This document shows positions 20,358-30,688 of a stretch of DNA of 64,000 nt, piece by piece. The DNA comes from Limisphaerales bacterium. Lineage in GTDB: Bacteria > Verrucomicrobiota > Verrucomicrobiia > Limisphaerales > JAJOIW01. Both the position numbers and the translations under genes were made by a program. The notes beneath the pieces are model-generated. The model was not told where the DNA came from and searched no databases. It saw only the letters and a program-made list of their open reading frames with translations. The stretch's first letter is position 1, and each line of letters begins with the position of its first letter. Where the stretch lies: NCBI GenBank assembly GCA_965657355.1, contig CBFHOE010000003.1, forward strand, positions 437,222-501,221, read 5' to 3'.

Positions 20358-23300
20358 TTGTTACAGCATCTAATTCTCTATCATATTTCTAAAATAAAAA
20401 CCCCTCGAGTTATGTTTCATGAAAAGGCCAAAGGTCTCCAATATGCAAATTTTAGTGGAGCCATCCCAGATCATAAAATCATACGCTGTATTGGTGAAGG
20501 TGCTTTTGGTAGAGTTTGGCTGGCAGTCAATACCCTTGGGGCTTACAGAGCCGTCAAGACGATTGAGAGGTCTAAATTTCAGTCTTCCAAAAAGGGTTTT
20601 GAGATCGAATGGGAAGGCATTAAAAAATACGCTGAAATTAGTCTTTCTCAGCCGCGAATGGTAGCGATCTTTCATGTGGGCAGGGCTGATGACGATTCTT
20701 ATTTTTATTATATCATGGAATTGGGTGATGATATAGCTCAAGGTCGAAACATCCAACCAGCCGTTTATCAGCCCCATACGCTAGAGGCCCAGATTTTTTC
20801 ATTGAGGAAGAGACTTTCGATAAAGGAATGTACTGATATTGGGATCCACCTTAGCGAAGCTTTGTATCAATTCCACTCAAATGGATTACTCCACAGAGAC
20901 GTTAAGCCAGCGAATATAATATATGCTCATGGAGTCCCTAAATTAACAGATATTGGGTTGGTTTCGAAGATTGACGATCTTAGCGATAATCAAATCGGAA
21001 CCGAAGGTTTTTCTCCCATCGAGGGCTCAAATTCTGTCGCTTCGGATATATATAGTCTTGGTAAAACTCTTTATGAGGCGGCCACTGGATTAGATAGAAA
21101 ACAATTCCCTACTCCCCCCAAGTCGTGGAAGAACACCCTCGAACGTGACGCTTTTGCTGAACTAAATGATGTTTTAACAACAGCGTGCCACCCCGATGTT
21201 AATTTCCGCTATTCCAACTGTATGGATATGCACAGTGACCTCTTGTGCATGAAAAGAGGTAAGTCATTGCGGAAATACAAAGAACAAGAAAAGACTTTAG
21301 AAAATTTAAAAATAGTAACGAAAGTTAGCTTTGCTATATTTGCTGTGCTCATCGCTATCATTTTGGTCCTTATTCAGAAAGCACAATTTGAACGGGAATT
21401 CACAAATTATTATGCAAGTCAAACAATCGAAGGATACACATCCCTCGGGCTCGATGAAAATCAATTAGCTATTCACAAAAGTATTGTTCCAGTTTTAGAT
21501 AATTTTACCTCTCTTGCTAACTCTGATCCAAGTTTTGAAGACTCAATAACTGGGAAACTTTTTGCTTCGTCAATAAATGATTTTCCTACATTGGAATACG
21601 TGGGAATCATTGGAGAAAGAGAAAAGGATGGTCATAGTAATTATACGGTTGATGGATCGGGAAATCCCATAGCATTGAAAAAATGCATTTTTTCTTCAGA
21701 CCAAAAGTCAGCCATTATATCCGGAGAAAACGGTTTTCTGGCCGTTTTCGAAATACCGTATAACTATGCTTTAATTAAAAATCGGAATCCCATTGAGCTA
21801 AAGGTTTTGCAAAAACTTAGCGGCAGTGCTTCCCATGCTTTGGCTGTTCACCCAGAACTTAACTACGCCTATACGGCTGGTGAAGGGGCAGATGTAAATG
21901 TATACGACATAAGCACCACTGCCTATTTAGGTTCACTAGAAATAGACCAAACCGAATCAAAAAATTTCCCCTCCGATATTAAAATATCACCTGATGGGAC
22001 TCATGTTGGGGTAAGCTATCGTCATGGTCAATTCGCTGTATTTGACTGTGCCAGTTTTCAAAAGGTTTCGAATACTGCAGAACTCAAAGGCCCAACAGAA
22101 GGCTTGGAGAATATTCAATCCTTTGAATGGGGTCATTCCGGAAAATATATCATTGCGGTGGGACAGTTTCATGGTTTCAAGAGGGGGGCGCAAGATCGTT
22201 TTCCTTACTGCCTCATTACAGCCGATAAAGACAAAGATGGCTTTATTAATCTTGAACCTTTACACACATTTAAAGCAAGCACGGGAAGGGGAGCTAATTC
22301 TATTGTTCGCACGGGTTATTCGAATGAGTTCATTTTAGATAACAGCGATTTTAACTTCTATAAGCTAATGGTTGACGAAGATTCAATAGATCTTCAAAAA
22401 GGTTTCGATAGTATTATTCAATTTTCTTCGATTAGAAATAATTCCGATCCTTCTTCACACCTTGAGTTCCAAAAATCACTAAAATTATTAGCTGTTATTC
22501 GAAATAATGGTTGGTTGAGTGTTTTTCAAGGCGTAGATACTATTAGGCAACTAGTTGATCTCCCTCATCCTATAAAACTTAATCACTGTGATATTTCGAG
22601 GAATGGGCGGCATATAATTTCAGTTTGTGAGGATGGCTCTTTTAGGCTTTGGGATCTGGCTGGTGCGAAGGTCCAAAAAGGGCAGCATGCTGATGGTTTT
22701 GTTCACGACCGTGGACTTGTCGTGAATTACGATGGGCAAGGAGGACTTTCTCTAAATCACTTAAACCCGAACTCTGAAGCTTCGGTTGCTAAAGTCGCTC
22801 CTATAACACTTGGTAAATCAGAATATCCTATACAAGGATTCAAGACATCACTGGATGGTAATCACCTTGCTTTAAAATATACCACTGGCAGCTATGTATT
22901 TTGGGGAGTATTGCCAAATGACTCTCAAAACAAAAAACATGCAATGACCAAAAAACAAGACTTTACTTCAGTCATTGAATCATCGCCACAAGATGAAATA
23001 GATTTTAACATTAATCCATTTCTTGAATTCAAGTTCAAAGAATTACAAAAAGAAGTTTGTGAGCTAAAAATTTCAAATAATAAAAGGGCTATAACGATCA
23101 GTGGACTTTCAAGATCATCTAAACCAATTTATGTCTTAACCCCTGATAGGTCATTTATATTGGTCGGACTAAAAGGCTTAAAAAAGAGACTGAGCGACCC
23201 TGCAGAAAAAAGTGGACCTCGCATAATTGTCTATAATTCGCAAACTCTCGAAAAGGTTTCTGAGTTTGATGAGTTTGAAGGGTGGGGAGATTTTACCTCA

Positions 23301-24050
23301 ATCTCATTTAGTGATTCAGGAAAGTCGGTTTTATTCACATTGCTGGGCGAAGGTTCAGAATATAATGAATCAGCGCTGCACGGATTTGATACAAATAAAG
23401 GGCAGATAAAAAAGAAACGTGGAGCCGTATCTTATAAAGCAGGTGCCTATACTGGTGGTATATTCTCAGAGGAAGACGTGTTTATTACCGCTGGCGCGTC
23501 CTCAAATATCTCAAGTGTCCGCATACTTAAAAATGAAAAAAAGTTATCCGAGTTTTTTATCCCTACCTTCGTTGATAGTATTAATTTTAAAGATGACCAA
23601 ACGACAATGTATTTTACCTCTCGATTCGGTGGGCCATATTTTTGGTCATTAAAAACTAAATCTCCAGTGCCTTTGAAATTAAGCCGGGCCGGGGTAATCA
23701 TTTCCTCAATATATATACCTAAAGATAATCGTTTTGTAGCGGGCTTCGACTCAAATAATAATAGAGTCATTATCGAAAATTTTAAGGACACCCTATCGAT
23801 CACGGATGCGAGGGATTTCTATCATTTAATCTTTCATCCATATGTTGAGCTCATCAATAAGCATCAGACACGTTCAATTTTAGAAATATTTGAATCCCTT
23901 ACAGAAAAATTTCCAACATACTTTTACTCAACTGCATCCGAAGTGAAGTCCTACTATGAATATCTCATAGATGTGGCTTACCCATATGATTCACCTGAAG
24001 CTCAGTCGGTTAAAGATTTTGTAGAAAATGAAATGAGTAAGTTGTATTAG
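20358..24050 (+). CDS. Hanks-type Ser/Thr kinase with transmembrane helix and WD40-like beta-propeller
   Basis: IGEGAFG, AVK, HRDVKPANI, DIG, GTEGFSP, SDIYSLG; hydrophobic helix near aa 322-340; ISPDG and DGSFRLWD repeats; start likely ATG 20412. Confidence 0.9.
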   Translation: MLQHLILYHISKIKTPRVMFHEKAKGLQYANFSGAIPDHKIIRCIGEGAFGRVWLAVNTLGAYRAVKTIERSKFQSSKKGFEIEWEGIKKYAEISLSQPRMVAIFHVGRADDDSYFYYIMELGDDIAQGRNIQPAVYQPHTLEAQIFSLRKRLSIKECTDIGIHLSEALYQFHSNGLLHRDVKPANIIYAHGVPKLTDIGLVSKIDDLSDNQIGTEGFSPIEGSNSVASDIYSLGKTLYEAATGLDRKQFPTPPKSWKNTLERDAFAELNDVLTTACHPDVNFRYSNCMDMHSDLLCMKRGKSLRKYKEQEKTLENLKIVTKVSFAIFAVLIAIILVLIQKAQFEREFTNYYASQTIEGYTSLGLDENQLAIHKSIVPVLDNFTSLANSDPSFEDSITGKLFASSINDFPTLEYVGIIGEREKDGHSNYTVDGSGNPIALKKCIFSSDQKSAIISGENGFLAVFEIPYNYALIKNRNPIELKVLQKLSGSASHALAVHPELNYAYTAGEGADVNVYDISTTAYLGSLEIDQTESKNFPSDIKISPDGTHVGVSYRHGQFAVFDCASFQKVSNTAELKGPTEGLENIQSFEWGHSGKYIIAVGQFHGFKRGAQDRFPYCLITADKDKDGFINLEPLHTFKASTGRGANSIVRTGYSNEFILDNSDFNFYKLMVDEDSIDLQKGFDSIIQFSSIRNNSDPSSHLEFQKSLKLLAVIRNNGWLSVFQGVDTIRQLVDLPHPIKLNHCDISRNGRHIISVCEDGSFRLWDLAGAKVQKGQHADGFVHDRGLVVNYDGQGGLSLNHLNPNSEASVAKVAPITLGKSEYPIQGFKTSLDGNHLALKYTTGSYVFWGVLPNDSQNKKHAMTKKQDFTSVIESSPQDEIDFNINPFLEFKFKELQKEVCELKISNNKRAITISGLSRSSKPIYVLTPDRSFILVGLKGLKKRLSDPAEKSGPRIIVYNSQTLEKVSEFDEFEGWGDFTSISFSDSGKSVLFTLLGEGSEYNESALHGFDTNKGQIKKKRGAVSYKAGAYTGGIFSEEDVFITAGASSNISSVRILKNEKKLSEFFIPTFVDSINFKDDQTTMYFTSRFGGPYFWSLKTKSPVPLKLSRAGVIISSIYIPKDNRFVAGFDSNNNRVIIENFKDTLSITDARDFYHLIFHPYVELINKHQTRSILEIFESLTEKFPTYFYSTASEVKSYYEYLIDVAYPYDSPEAQSVKDFVENEMSKLY

Positions 24051-24065
24051 CCCGTGATTATGGTA

Positions 24066-24710
24066 TCAACTTTCAGCGTTATTTTGGTAGGCTAATATTT
24101 TTTCAACGACAAGCTTTGTAATGGAGTCCGCTGGTTGAGTTGAGTCAATTTTTGTAATTCTTCCGGGAAACATTTTGGCCACCTTGTCAAATGCTTGGCT
24201 TAAGTTCTCAATTGTTTCCAGATCGGCATTGTCGAACCTATCAGCCTCGGGTTTCTTCTCAAGATTTAATCGAGATTGTATGCGTTCCTTTATGATTTCA
24301 ATTGGAGCATGGAATAGGAATGTCATATCTGGCATTCGGCCATGGGTTGCTATTTGGCATATGTTTTTTATTTCCTCAAAAGGGAGGTTTTTGGCTATTC
24401 CCTGGTAGACCAAAGTTGAATCGATATATCTGTCCGCAACTACAATAGAATTTTTTTTAAGTTCAGGTTCGATCACGTCATTTACCAGCTGGTGTCTTGC
24501 AGCTGAAATAAGAAATGCTTCACACCAGCCCGTTAATTCTGTTTTTTCAGGTGGCGCTTTAAAGATTTTTCGGATTGCTTCACCTACTGGAGTGGCCCCG
24601 GGTTCCCTTACAGTAACAATTTTGAAGCCCTTATTTTCCAGGGCTTCCTTTACGGCATGTAACTGGGTGGATTTTCCAGTTCCTTCGTTTCCTTCAAAAG
24701 AAATAAACAA
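24066..24710 (-). CDS. tmk: Thymidylate kinase
   Basis: FISFEGNEGTGKST, REPG, DRYIDSTLVYQG. Confidence 0.95.
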   Translation of the reverse strand: MFISFEGNEGTGKSTQLHAVKEALENKGFKIVTVREPGATPVGEAIRKIFKAPPEKTELTGWCEAFLISAARHQLVNDVIEPELKKNSIVVADRYIDSTLVYQGIAKNLPFEEIKNICQIATHGRMPDMTFLFHAPIEIIKERIQSRLNLEKKPEADRFDNADLETIENLSQAFDKVAKMFPGRITKIDSTQPADSITKLVVEKILAYQNNAES

Positions 24711-24728
24711 ATTTGTCCTCTGTTAAAT

Positions 24729-25712
24729 TTAGTTTTTATCTTCTTTTTGAAGTCTTGGATCGGAAATAGGTCTAAGAGCATTAAATTTGCCCAGTTCACT
24801 ACTTTCGATGATTTGAATAGTGCCATTTTGTTTTTTCACTTTCTCATTCTCCATCATCACTTCTTTTGGAATTCTAATCGTTTCCGTTGGTTTGTTTGTC
24901 AATAAATAGTCCACCAATGAAGAAACCTGCTTATCATCTAATGGGCCCCCCTGGCTCTTATGGAATGCCGGCATTAACGATCCCTTTCTACCGTATTTGA
25001 TCCAAACCTCCCAATAGATTTTGTCCATCGTTTTGTCGAGCTTCGCTAAATTAGGCACAATGCTCGCCTGATTAGGCGAATTATGGCAAATGCCACAGGC
25101 CCGGTCATATAACTTTTTTCCAGTAAGGCCTTTGGTGGGTGTGGAATGACACTTAGCACATTTTCCGCGAAAAACTATCTGCCTATCCCTCAACGCAATT
25201 ATTTGATTTTTCTGACGTTCGGACAGCGCTTCTCTGCTTCTTTTTGAACTTGGCTTTTTCCCCGGTGGGATTATGGATCGCACCTTGAGCGTTTGTGCTC
25301 CTGCGTTAGTAAAAACATAGACGCTTTTTGTGACCGTCCCCGTTCTTCCTAAAAGATCCATCTTAACTTCGATCAAGTCCTTCGCCCCGGGGCGAATAAT
25401 CCAAGGGTTTTTTTTAATCACTGAAGTGCACCCACATGATGTTTGCACGTTTTCGATGACAACACTTTCATTAGTGATATTTGTGGCAGTGAACTTAAAG
25501 ATAGCCTCTTTATCCCCCGATTTGGTTGCCTGGCTTTTTTCAATAGCATCAAATTTCAATGGACCCTTTTCGTTTTCCGATTTTGAGAGGCTTTGTGCTT
25601 TAAGATCACTTAAGGAGGTAGGTGATAGTGAAAAAATGATAGCGGCGATTAAAACAAGGAAGGCTCTCATCCTCATAAAAAATTTCCCTCTTGGTATGAC
25701 TATTAAATTCAT
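24729..25712 (-). CDS. DUF1573 Ig-like domain fused to diheme cytochrome c
   Basis: Signal peptide; VQTSCGCT; CAKCH and CGICH; MPAF. Confidence 0.8.
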   Translation of the reverse strand: MNLIVIPRGKFFMRMRAFLVLIAAIIFSLSPTSLSDLKAQSLSKSENEKGPLKFDAIEKSQATKSGDKEAIFKFTATNITNESVVIENVQTSCGCTSVIKKNPWIIRPGAKDLIEVKMDLLGRTGTVTKSVYVFTNAGAQTLKVRSIIPPGKKPSSKRSREALSERQKNQIIALRDRQIVFRGKCAKCHSTPTKGLTGKKLYDRACGICHNSPNQASIVPNLAKLDKTMDKIYWEVWIKYGRKGSLMPAFHKSQGGPLDDKQVSSLVDYLLTNKPTETIRIPKEVMMENEKVKKQNGTIQIIESSELGKFNALRPISDPRLQKEDKN

Positions 25713-25897
25713 CTTTTTTGCTCCGATTTATCTCTCTAATTGAGCAGTTGAATAACAATAACTCTTTTAATTTCGAAGATTTGTCAACCATGGTCGAACA
25801 AATTATCTTTCTGATATTACTAGTGTATGTCTTTCTAATTAGGACATCGCGCCCACTAAATAGTTACCCTTTAGATCCACTAACCTTTCAGATCAAC

Positions 25898-25929
25898 AAA
25901 AAAGCTCAGGCAACCTTATCCTGAGCTTT
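25898..25929 (-). terminator. Intrinsic terminator downstream of pilT
   Basis: AAAGCTCAGG/CCTGAGCTTT stem with T tract on the minus strand. Confidence 0.75.
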
Positions 25930-25958
25930 AAAATTTTTTCTGACAGTTTGGTTTGAAA

Positions 25959-27059
25959 TTATCCTAGAATTTTCTTCCCTTCATCCAAGAAGATTCCTTT
26001 GAAATTCATCTCCAAAGATTGAGGATTTGTAGCTTTATCCATGGCCTCTTCTTTTGTGATGACCCCATTTTGAACCAAATCAAAAAGAGCTTGGTTGAAA
26101 TTCTGCATACCGTCATCTCTACCTACTTCAACCGCTGCAGCTAGCTTATCCAATCGATTCTCTTCTATCAGTTTTCTTATAGTGGAGTTGGAGACCATTA
26201 TTTCCATAGCAGGGTAAACACCTCCATCAACTGTTTTGACCATTCTTTGGCAAATGACCGATTTCAAAGTCCCAACCAGCTGTTTTCTGACCTGTTCTCG
26301 ATCTCCTGCATCGAAGAAGTCGAGAATTCTTGAAACAGACTGGGATGTATCTGTTGTATGGAGTGTGGATAAAACCAGGTGTCCGGTATCAGCTGCTGAG
26401 ATAGCTGCCTGAAAACTGATAGAATCTCGCATCTCGCCAACCATGATGACATCAGGGTCCTGCCTTAAAATATGTTTTAAACCTCCGCGGAACGAAGGTG
26501 TATCCAGGCCAATTTCTCGCTGCTCAATGACTGATTCCTTATCACTGAATACATATTCAATGGGATCTTCCAATGTGATGATATGTCTTTTGGTATTGGT
26601 ATTAATATGATCAATCATCGCAGCCAAAGTGGTTGACTTACCCGATCCCGTTGTCCCTGCAATGAGCACAATACCACGGTGCGAGCTGGAAATATCTTTC
26701 AGGATCTCAGGAAGATTTAATCCCTCAATGCTAGGTACTTCAGCTTTGACGTAGCGCATGGCAATTGCCATCGTTCCCCTCTGCTGGAAAACATTGGTCC
26801 TAAACCTTCCAATATCTTTAATAAAATACGAGAAATCTGTTTCGTTGTTCTCCTCGAGTCCTGGTTTTGCATAATCTGGAACAATTTGATCAAGCACCTG
26901 TTGCATCCACTCCACCGTGGGGACTTCAGAATCCACATCATACAACTGGCTATTAATTCGAAAGATTACGGGATTACCTATCTTGACATGCACATCAGAA
27001 GCTCCACCATCAACAGCAGCCTTCAGAAGTTTGTGAAACAATTCTATGCTTTCAGCCAT
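25959..27059 (-). CDS. pilT: PilT/PilU type IV pilus retraction ATPase
   Basis: ASDVH, GTTGSGKSTT, EDPIE, LRQDPD, GEMRD, TGHLVLSTLHT; PilT versus PilU not resolved. Confidence 0.9.
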   Translation of the reverse strand: MAESIELFHKLLKAAVDGGASDVHVKIGNPVIFRINSQLYDVDSEVPTVEWMQQVLDQIVPDYAKPGLEENNETDFSYFIKDIGRFRTNVFQQRGTMAIAMRYVKAEVPSIEGLNLPEILKDISSSHRGIVLIAGTTGSGKSTTLAAMIDHINTNTKRHIITLEDPIEYVFSDKESVIEQREIGLDTPSFRGGLKHILRQDPDVIMVGEMRDSISFQAAISAADTGHLVLSTLHTTDTSQSVSRILDFFDAGDREQVRKQLVGTLKSVICQRMVKTVDGGVYPAMEIMVSNSTIRKLIEENRLDKLAAAVEVGRDDGMQNFNQALFDLVQNGVITKEEAMDKATNPQSLEMNFKGIFLDEGKKILG

Positions 27060-27139
27060 ATCTAACCTTAATTTATAAAATTTATGTTCGCCATCTTATC
27101 TGAGCTAAAATTTGTGATTTTCTCAGAGAAAAAAATATT

Positions 27140-28177
27140 TCACCAGTCGATAACCATTGCCGCCCATGTTAACCCAGCACCGAAGGCAAGAAGCAAAATT
27201 TTATCTCCACGCTCCAACTGTCCATTCGATGCCAGTTCGTCAAGTGCGATTCCAATGGAAGCCGCAGAGGTATTCCCGAATCGTTCGACATTCATGTATA
27301 ATTGTGATGGATCAGCCCCTGTTTTTTCGGCGACTGCTGTCAGTATTCGCTGGTTTGCTTGGTGGGGTATGATCCACCGGATTTCGCTTAAATTGATCTG
27401 AGCCGTTTTTAAAACGCGATTTGCCGCCGCTGTCATCGACTGGATGGCATTTTTGAACGTTTCTCGGCCGTCCATTTTGAGAAAGTGGTGTCCTAATTTG
27501 AGTGACTCCGGGGTCGCTGGTATTTTTGATCCGCCTCCAGGCATACACAAGAGACCATTTTTCTCGCCATCTGCACCAAGCTCTGAGCAGCCAATTCCAC
27601 TCGTCTTGGCATCTTTAGGTCTTTCTAAATAAGCCGCGCCTGCACCATCCCCGAAAAGGACACAAGTATTGCGATCAGACCAATCAATAATCGAGCTGAG
27701 TTTCTCAGCTCCGATAACCAATGCATTCTTGACGGCACCCGATTGCAAAAATTGTCGAGCTATCTCCAAAGTGTATATGAATCCAGAACAGGCGGCTTCG
27801 ATATCAAACGCAAGTGCTCTTTTTGCCCCAATGTTTTGCTGGACCAAACATGCCGTTGAAGGAAAAAGCATATCAGGCGTGATAGTTGCTACTATTATCA
27901 GCTCCACTTCGCTCCCATCAATACCCGCCTTCTCAAGAGCTTTCAGTGCAGCTTTTGTCCCCAGCGATGATGTTGATTCTTCGTCAGAGGCTATTCTTCG
28001 CTCTCTTATTCCAGTTCTTGTGGTGATCCACTCGTCAGATGTTTCGACCAATTTTTCGAGATCACCATTTGTAAGTATTTTTTCGGGAACGTATGACCCT
28101 GTTGAGATTATTTGAACATTTTGCCCGGTAATGGGTGAAATCTGGGGGGGAGATCCGATTGCCATATTTTTAAACAA
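27140..28177 (-). CDS. fabH: 3-oxoacyl-ACP synthase III
   Basis: AACSGF, PHQANQRI, GNTSAAS, FGAGLTW. Confidence 0.97.
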   Translation of the reverse strand: MFKNMAIGSPPQISPITGQNVQIISTGSYVPEKILTNGDLEKLVETSDEWITTRTGIRERRIASDEESTSSLGTKAALKALEKAGIDGSEVELIIVATITPDMLFPSTACLVQQNIGAKRALAFDIEAACSGFIYTLEIARQFLQSGAVKNALVIGAEKLSSIIDWSDRNTCVLFGDGAGAAYLERPKDAKTSGIGCSELGADGEKNGLLCMPGGGSKIPATPESLKLGHHFLKMDGRETFKNAIQSMTAAANRVLKTAQINLSEIRWIIPHQANQRILTAVAEKTGADPSQLYMNVERFGNTSAASIGIALDELASNGQLERGDKILLLAFGAGLTWAAMVIDW

Positions 28178-28178
28178 A

Positions 28179-29207
28179 TCAAGCTGCTTGATCAGGCTGT
28201 TCTTGTTGCCTGATTTGATCAGTAATCTTTTTATTAATGTTGTGCTGAAATTCTTGGATAGCGATGCCTATTGCATTTTCAATGGCAATCTCTTTTGCAG
28301 ATCCATGGGTTATCATTACGTTACCGTTCACTCCAAGTAACGGGGCCCCACCGTATGTGTCAGGGTTCATCTTATGTCTGATCGGTTTAAAAGCTGGCTT
28401 GCAAAGAAGGGCTCCCAATTTTCTCAATGGTGTAGCCGTCATCTCTTGTTTTATCCATCCAAACATATTCGTCGCCAAGCTTTCGCTCGTTTTTAAAACG
28501 ATATTTCCCGTGAATCCGTCGCAAACCACCACATCGACATTATCTTTGTAAAGGTCATGCCCTTCTACATTGCCAATAAAATTTAAATGACTGGCTTTAA
28601 GCATTGGAAAAGCCTCTAGAGTTAGCTCGTTTCCTTTGCTTGGTTCTGTGCCAACGCTCAGAAGGCCAACTCGAGGTCGAGCGACACCAAGAATTTCTTC
28701 CATGTAAATCGATCCCATTATGGCAAAATGCAATAGATGCGATGCTCGACAATCTGCGCTTGCCCCAGCATCTAATAAGAGAAACATGCCTTTTGGTCTG
28801 GGAATCACAGTGGCAATTCCGGCTCTATCCACCCCGGGTAAAGTTCTCAGCTTAATTGTCGCCGCAGCGACGACCCCGCCCGTGTTTCCCGGTGAAACAA
28901 CGGCGTCCACTTGATCTTTTTTTGCTAAATCTATAGCAATGGCTAATGAACAATTTTTCTTTCGCCTCAATCCTTCCACTGGCTTGTCCATCATGAGGAG
29001 AACATCATTGGTGTGGTGGATTGTAAATAATTCCTCATTTAGTGGCTCGCCTTTCCACTCACGCAAAGCCTGTTGGACAGCCTCTTCATCTCCAACAAAA
29101 TGGAGTTCATTGATGGCTCCATTACATTTTTGGATAGCGCGAAAAGCCCCGTTGACAATAACAGCGGGGCCATGATCTCCACCCATAATGTCTACTGCTA
29201 AGCGCAT
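28179..29207 (-). CDS. plsX: Phosphate acyltransferase PlsX
   Basis: AVDIMGGDHGP, GNTG, FIGNVEG, CDGFTGN, GGAPLLG. Confidence 0.97.
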   Translation of the reverse strand: MRLAVDIMGGDHGPAVIVNGAFRAIQKCNGAINELHFVGDEEAVQQALREWKGEPLNEELFTIHHTNDVLLMMDKPVEGLRRKKNCSLAIAIDLAKKDQVDAVVSPGNTGGVVAAATIKLRTLPGVDRAGIATVIPRPKGMFLLLDAGASADCRASHLLHFAIMGSIYMEEILGVARPRVGLLSVGTEPSKGNELTLEAFPMLKASHLNFIGNVEGHDLYKDNVDVVVCDGFTGNIVLKTSESLATNMFGWIKQEMTATPLRKLGALLCKPAFKPIRHKMNPDTYGGAPLLGVNGNVMITHGSAKEIAIENAIGIAIQEFQHNINKKITDQIRQQEQPDQAA

Positions 29208-29245
29208 CTTAGTCGATAGGGTGTAATACCGAAGGTGAAAGTCTT

Positions 29246-29434
29246 TTAGACGATAGCTTCTTTAGAAATAAATTGTTGTCCCTTGTAGTGGCCGCAGTGG
29301 TGACAAACTTTGTGTGGTAAGGTTTTTTCACCACAGTTTGGGCACTCAATGAGCTGCGGAAGCGTCAATACACTATTGTAAGCCTTTCTCATCTTTTTGC
29401 GGCTCTTGGATACTTTTCTCTTTGGTACTGGCAT
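29246..29434 (-). CDS. rpmF: 50S ribosomal protein L32 (Zn-binding type)
   Basis: MPVPKRKVSKSR, CPNC...CHHCGHY; conserved position between yceD and plsX. Confidence 0.97.
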   Translation of the reverse strand: MPVPKRKVSKSRKKMRKAYNSVLTLPQLIECPNCGEKTLPHKVCHHCGHYKGQQFISKEAIV

Positions 29435-29507
29435 GGCTAGTGTTCTTTTCTATATGTGCAAACCTAAATTAATATATGATACGCGTAATTCTCCTGGCAT
29501 TGATCCG

Positions 29508-30017
29508 TCACAGTTTTAGGTCATCCAACCTGCTCCAAGGAGACGGCTGTTCCTCAATCTCTGCGGGCTCATCGTCCGAGCTGCGAGACCTGCTGGGCTT
29601 ATTACTAACCGTGCAGTCTGGGGAACACAGCGGATGCTGCGGAAATGCCAAGAGTAGATCCTCTCGAATAATTGGTAACAAGTCAACAGTATCTCCAACT
29701 ATTTCCGCCTTTTCTTCCCCTTTTAGGCCAAAAAAACCAGTCCACTCCGGGTATGTCACAGGAAATGAGAATTCTTCAAGGCATCTGACACATTGGCAAT
29801 TAAGCTCTAATTCCAAAGATCCATGGACACATATCTGATCTTCGGAGAGTTGGGCCACAAGGTCGTAATGCAACGGGGATTTGGCTTCTATCATATCATC
29901 CCCGATCATCAGATTCAGATTTTCAACGGGTAGGGCACCTTCGAGGTATTCATCCTCTTTTTCAAGGTGGCTAAGGTTAACTGGGAGTCCTTTGGCCTTC
30001 ATAGCTTGAATTCTCAT
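29508..30017 (-). CDS. yceD: YceD/DUF177 family protein
   Basis: CVRCL, REDLLLAFPQHPLC, PWSRL; upstream of rpmF. Confidence 0.9.
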   Translation of the reverse strand: MRIQAMKAKGLPVNLSHLEKEDEYLEGALPVENLNLMIGDDMIEAKSPLHYDLVAQLSEDQICVHGSLELELNCQCVRCLEEFSFPVTYPEWTGFFGLKGEEKAEIVGDTVDLLPIIREDLLLAFPQHPLCSPDCTVSNKPSRSRSSDDEPAEIEEQPSPWSRLDDLKL

Positions 30018-30093
30018 CCAATGGGTTATGTGGGCTTATTAGTCGTAAAGTGTCCTTATTTCATTTTACAATCTCGCCCACTTCGATTGTCTA

Positions 30094-30588
30094 TCACTGA
30101 ACTCGTGCCTTGCCAAATTTTTTTTCCAGGGCATGAGCTACGCAAGTTGGCACAAATTGGTTGCAGTCGCCGCCATGTTTTGCAATATCTTTGACGATGC
30201 TGGAGCTGATAAAGGTGTAATCTTCCTTTGGCATGAGAAAAATGGTCTCCACTTGCTCCGCTAATTTTCTATTGGCCAAAGCCATTTGAAATTCGAATTC
30301 GAAATCAGAAATCGCTCTTAGGCCCCTGATAATAATATCGCAATTTTTATCGCGGGCATATTGCACTAGGAGGCCATCAAATCCTTCAATAGTCACATTC
30401 TGGACATCTTTCAAAGAGTTTTGGGCTAAGTCTAGCCGTTCTTCGTAGCAGAAAAGAGGATTTTTTGATGTGCTTTTAGCGATAGCCACGGTGACGTGAT
30501 CAAAAATCTGGCATGCCCTCTGGACGATGTCCACGTGTCCTTTTGTCATTGGATCAAATGTCCCCGGATAAACTGCTCCTTCAGCCAT
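30094..30588 (-). CDS. coaD: Phosphopantetheine adenylyltransferase
   Basis: YPGTFDPMTKGH, IRGLRAISDFEFE, ISSSIVK. Confidence 0.97.
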   Translation of the reverse strand: MAEGAVYPGTFDPMTKGHVDIVQRACQIFDHVTVAIAKSTSKNPLFCYEERLDLAQNSLKDVQNVTIEGFDGLLVQYARDKNCDIIIRGLRAISDFEFEFQMALANRKLAEQVETIFLMPKEDYTFISSSIVKDIAKHGGDCNQFVPTCVAHALEKKFGKARVQ

Positions 30589-30688
30589 AAACCGTATTAT
30601 CGTTAAACGAATATAGAAAACCAGTCCAATTCGCGACCTGCTGCCTGGAAAGGTCTGCGGAAAAACAGGATGTCTCAGAGGAATGGGG

